Source: Squalus acanthias (lineage: Eukaryota). Taken from it: a stretch of DNA of 64,000 nt. The stretch is from contig CM059432.1 of assembly GCA_030390025.1 (NCBI GenBank), forward strand, positions 4,402,001 to 4,466,000, in the 5' to 3' direction. This document shows, in pieces, positions 62,046 to 64,000 of this stretch (its first letter is position 1; every line of letters begins with the position of its first letter). A program made the translations under genes and the position numbers. The notes under the pieces were generated by a model. That model was not told the DNA's origin. It saw only the letters and a program-made list of their open reading frames with translations, and made no database searches.

Positions 62046-63169
62046 TGGGTCTCTAGAGCAGGGCTTGAACCCACCACCTACTGATTGACTGAAAGAGTGA
62101 GAGTGGTGATCATACCCCCACTGAGCTAAGGCTTGCTTCGTTTAAGAAGGTAGATAAGCATTGCCTGCCATTCTCTTTTCTCTTTTGTGAGTTCAAAGAT
62201 TGAGCATGACTTTGGTAAGATTGACTCCGGATGTTTTTTTTTTAGTCCGGTTATTATTCATGTCTGGTTAGATGAAGGAAGAAGAGTTGAATGAGTCAGA
62301 AAAGACTTATCATAGTGTTGCAATGAAAATTAATGATGTAGGTGTTGCGAAAATGTATAAATATCAAAACCTGTCAATGTGTCATCCTAAATGATATGGA
62401 GCAGCTGTTGAGAAGCATAGGAATTAGGTGCCGGGGTTTAGGATCTGACAGATATCCCGATGCATAATTGAAGGGTTGCTGTGTGCGTTGGGCACTGGGG
62501 GCAGAAGGGACTATACCCAATCAATCAAAGAATGATTCTATCTATCATAGTAACTTACTTTTTTCCATGTTTTAATCTGTTTTGTAAATTACTAGCATTG
62601 TTTTTATCACATTTGACGAAATCGATTGACTACTACATAATATACAACAGCAAACGGGACAAGTAACGGACAAGCTCTGCCCAAAACAGACTACACAGGT
62701 TCAAATTTAACTTTTCTAATTAATTCAAGACCTTTCTGAGCTTTATAAACTTGCCATAAAAAATGTTAAGGATAGCAAGAAAGATTTGCATTTATATAGC
62801 ACCTTTCAGGGCATCACAGAGCGCTTTGCAACCAATGAAGTACTTTTTTTAATGCAAGTGGAGTCACTGTTGTAATGTGGGAAACGCGGCAGACCATTTG
62901 CGCACAGCAAGCTCCCACAAACAACAATGAGACAAATGACCAGGTAATTTGCTTTAGTGATGGTAGTCTATCACTCCAAACGAGATCTGTGCCTGACTGA
63001 AATTAATGGCTGATCCACACTAAAGTAATGTGAAAGGAATTCACGGTTCCTCAGTGGAAAGCTACTCTGACTTTCCCCCAAGCATCTCATTGTCTAGTGT
63101 GAAGTATGGTAAACTCAAAAACCATCCAGTAGTCAAATAAATGCATTCTCTGAAAAGAGTAGACTAAGA

Positions 63170-63640
63170 GGAAAAGAAAGAAAGACTTGCATTTCTACAG
63201 CGCCTTTCACACATCCCAAAGCGCTTTACAGCCAATGAAATACTTTTGGAATGTAGTCACTGTTGTAATGTGGGAAACGCAGCAGCCAAATTGCGCACAG
63301 CAAGCTCCCACAAACAGCAATGTGATAATGACCAGATAATCTGTTTCTTTTAGTGATGTTGATTGAGAGATAAATATCGGCCAGGACACTGGAGATAACT
63401 CCCCTGCTCTTCTTCGAAATAGTGCCATGGGATCTTTTATGTCCACCTGAGGGGGCAGACGGGGCCTCAGTTTAACGTCTCATCCGAAAGACGGCACCTC
63501 TGACAGTGCAGCACTCCCTCAGCACTGCACTGGGAGTGTCAGCCTAGATTTTTGTGCTCAAGTCTCTGGCGTGGGACTTGAACCCACAACCTACTGACTC
63601 CGGGGTTAGAGTGCTGCCCACTGAGCTCCAGCTGACACCC
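63170..63640 (-). mobile_element. Deu-domain SINE, full length
   Basis: Reverse complement of the family sequence from head to tail. Confidence 0.87.
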
Positions 63641-64000
63641 TTATAACCTGGAAACCTGATAGAGGTCTCCAAAATTATGAAGTGGTTTGATAGGGTGAGT
63701 AGAATTACATAGAATGTACAGCACAGAAACAGGCCATTCAGCCCATGCCGGTGTTTATGCTCCACACGAGCCTCCTCTCAGCTCTCTTCATCTCACCCGA
63801 TCAGCATAACCTTTTATTCCGTTCTCCCTCATGTACTTATCTAGCTTCTCCTAAAATGCATCTTTGCGATTTGCCTCAACCACTCCATGTGGTAGCGAGC
63901 TCCACATTCTAACCACTCTCTGGGCAGACGTAGAGAAGATGTTTCCCCCTTGCAGGTGAGTCCAGAACAAGGGGACATAAATATAAGATAACCATTAATA

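Overview
This is eukaryotic DNA, almost certainly from a cartilaginous fish (shark-type CR1 and L2 LINEs, Deu-domain SINEs, Penelope-like elements). The only host coding sequence I can find is one 145-bp internal exon of KCTD1 (BTB domain) on the minus strand at 14876-15020, so the window appears to lie within two long introns of that gene. Most ORF-track entries are fragments or antisense shadows of transposable elements. Main points of interest: (1) minimal hammerhead-ribozyme motifs in Penelope-like termini, intact when antisense to KCTD1 and decayed in the one sense copy; (2) an ORF1-only Tx1/L1-type element with poly(A) tail and TSD inserted in the tRNA-like head of a SINE, itself interrupted by a Harbinger MITE whose removal restores the frame; (3) several PIF/Harbinger MITE families with 3-bp TSDs and an apparent extended target preference, plus a fossil Harbinger transposase; (4) two MITE copies in inverted orientation 11 bp apart; (5) signs of local copying or gene conversion between repeats. 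Repeat boundaries were read by eye and are approximate unless a TIR or TSD is quoted.
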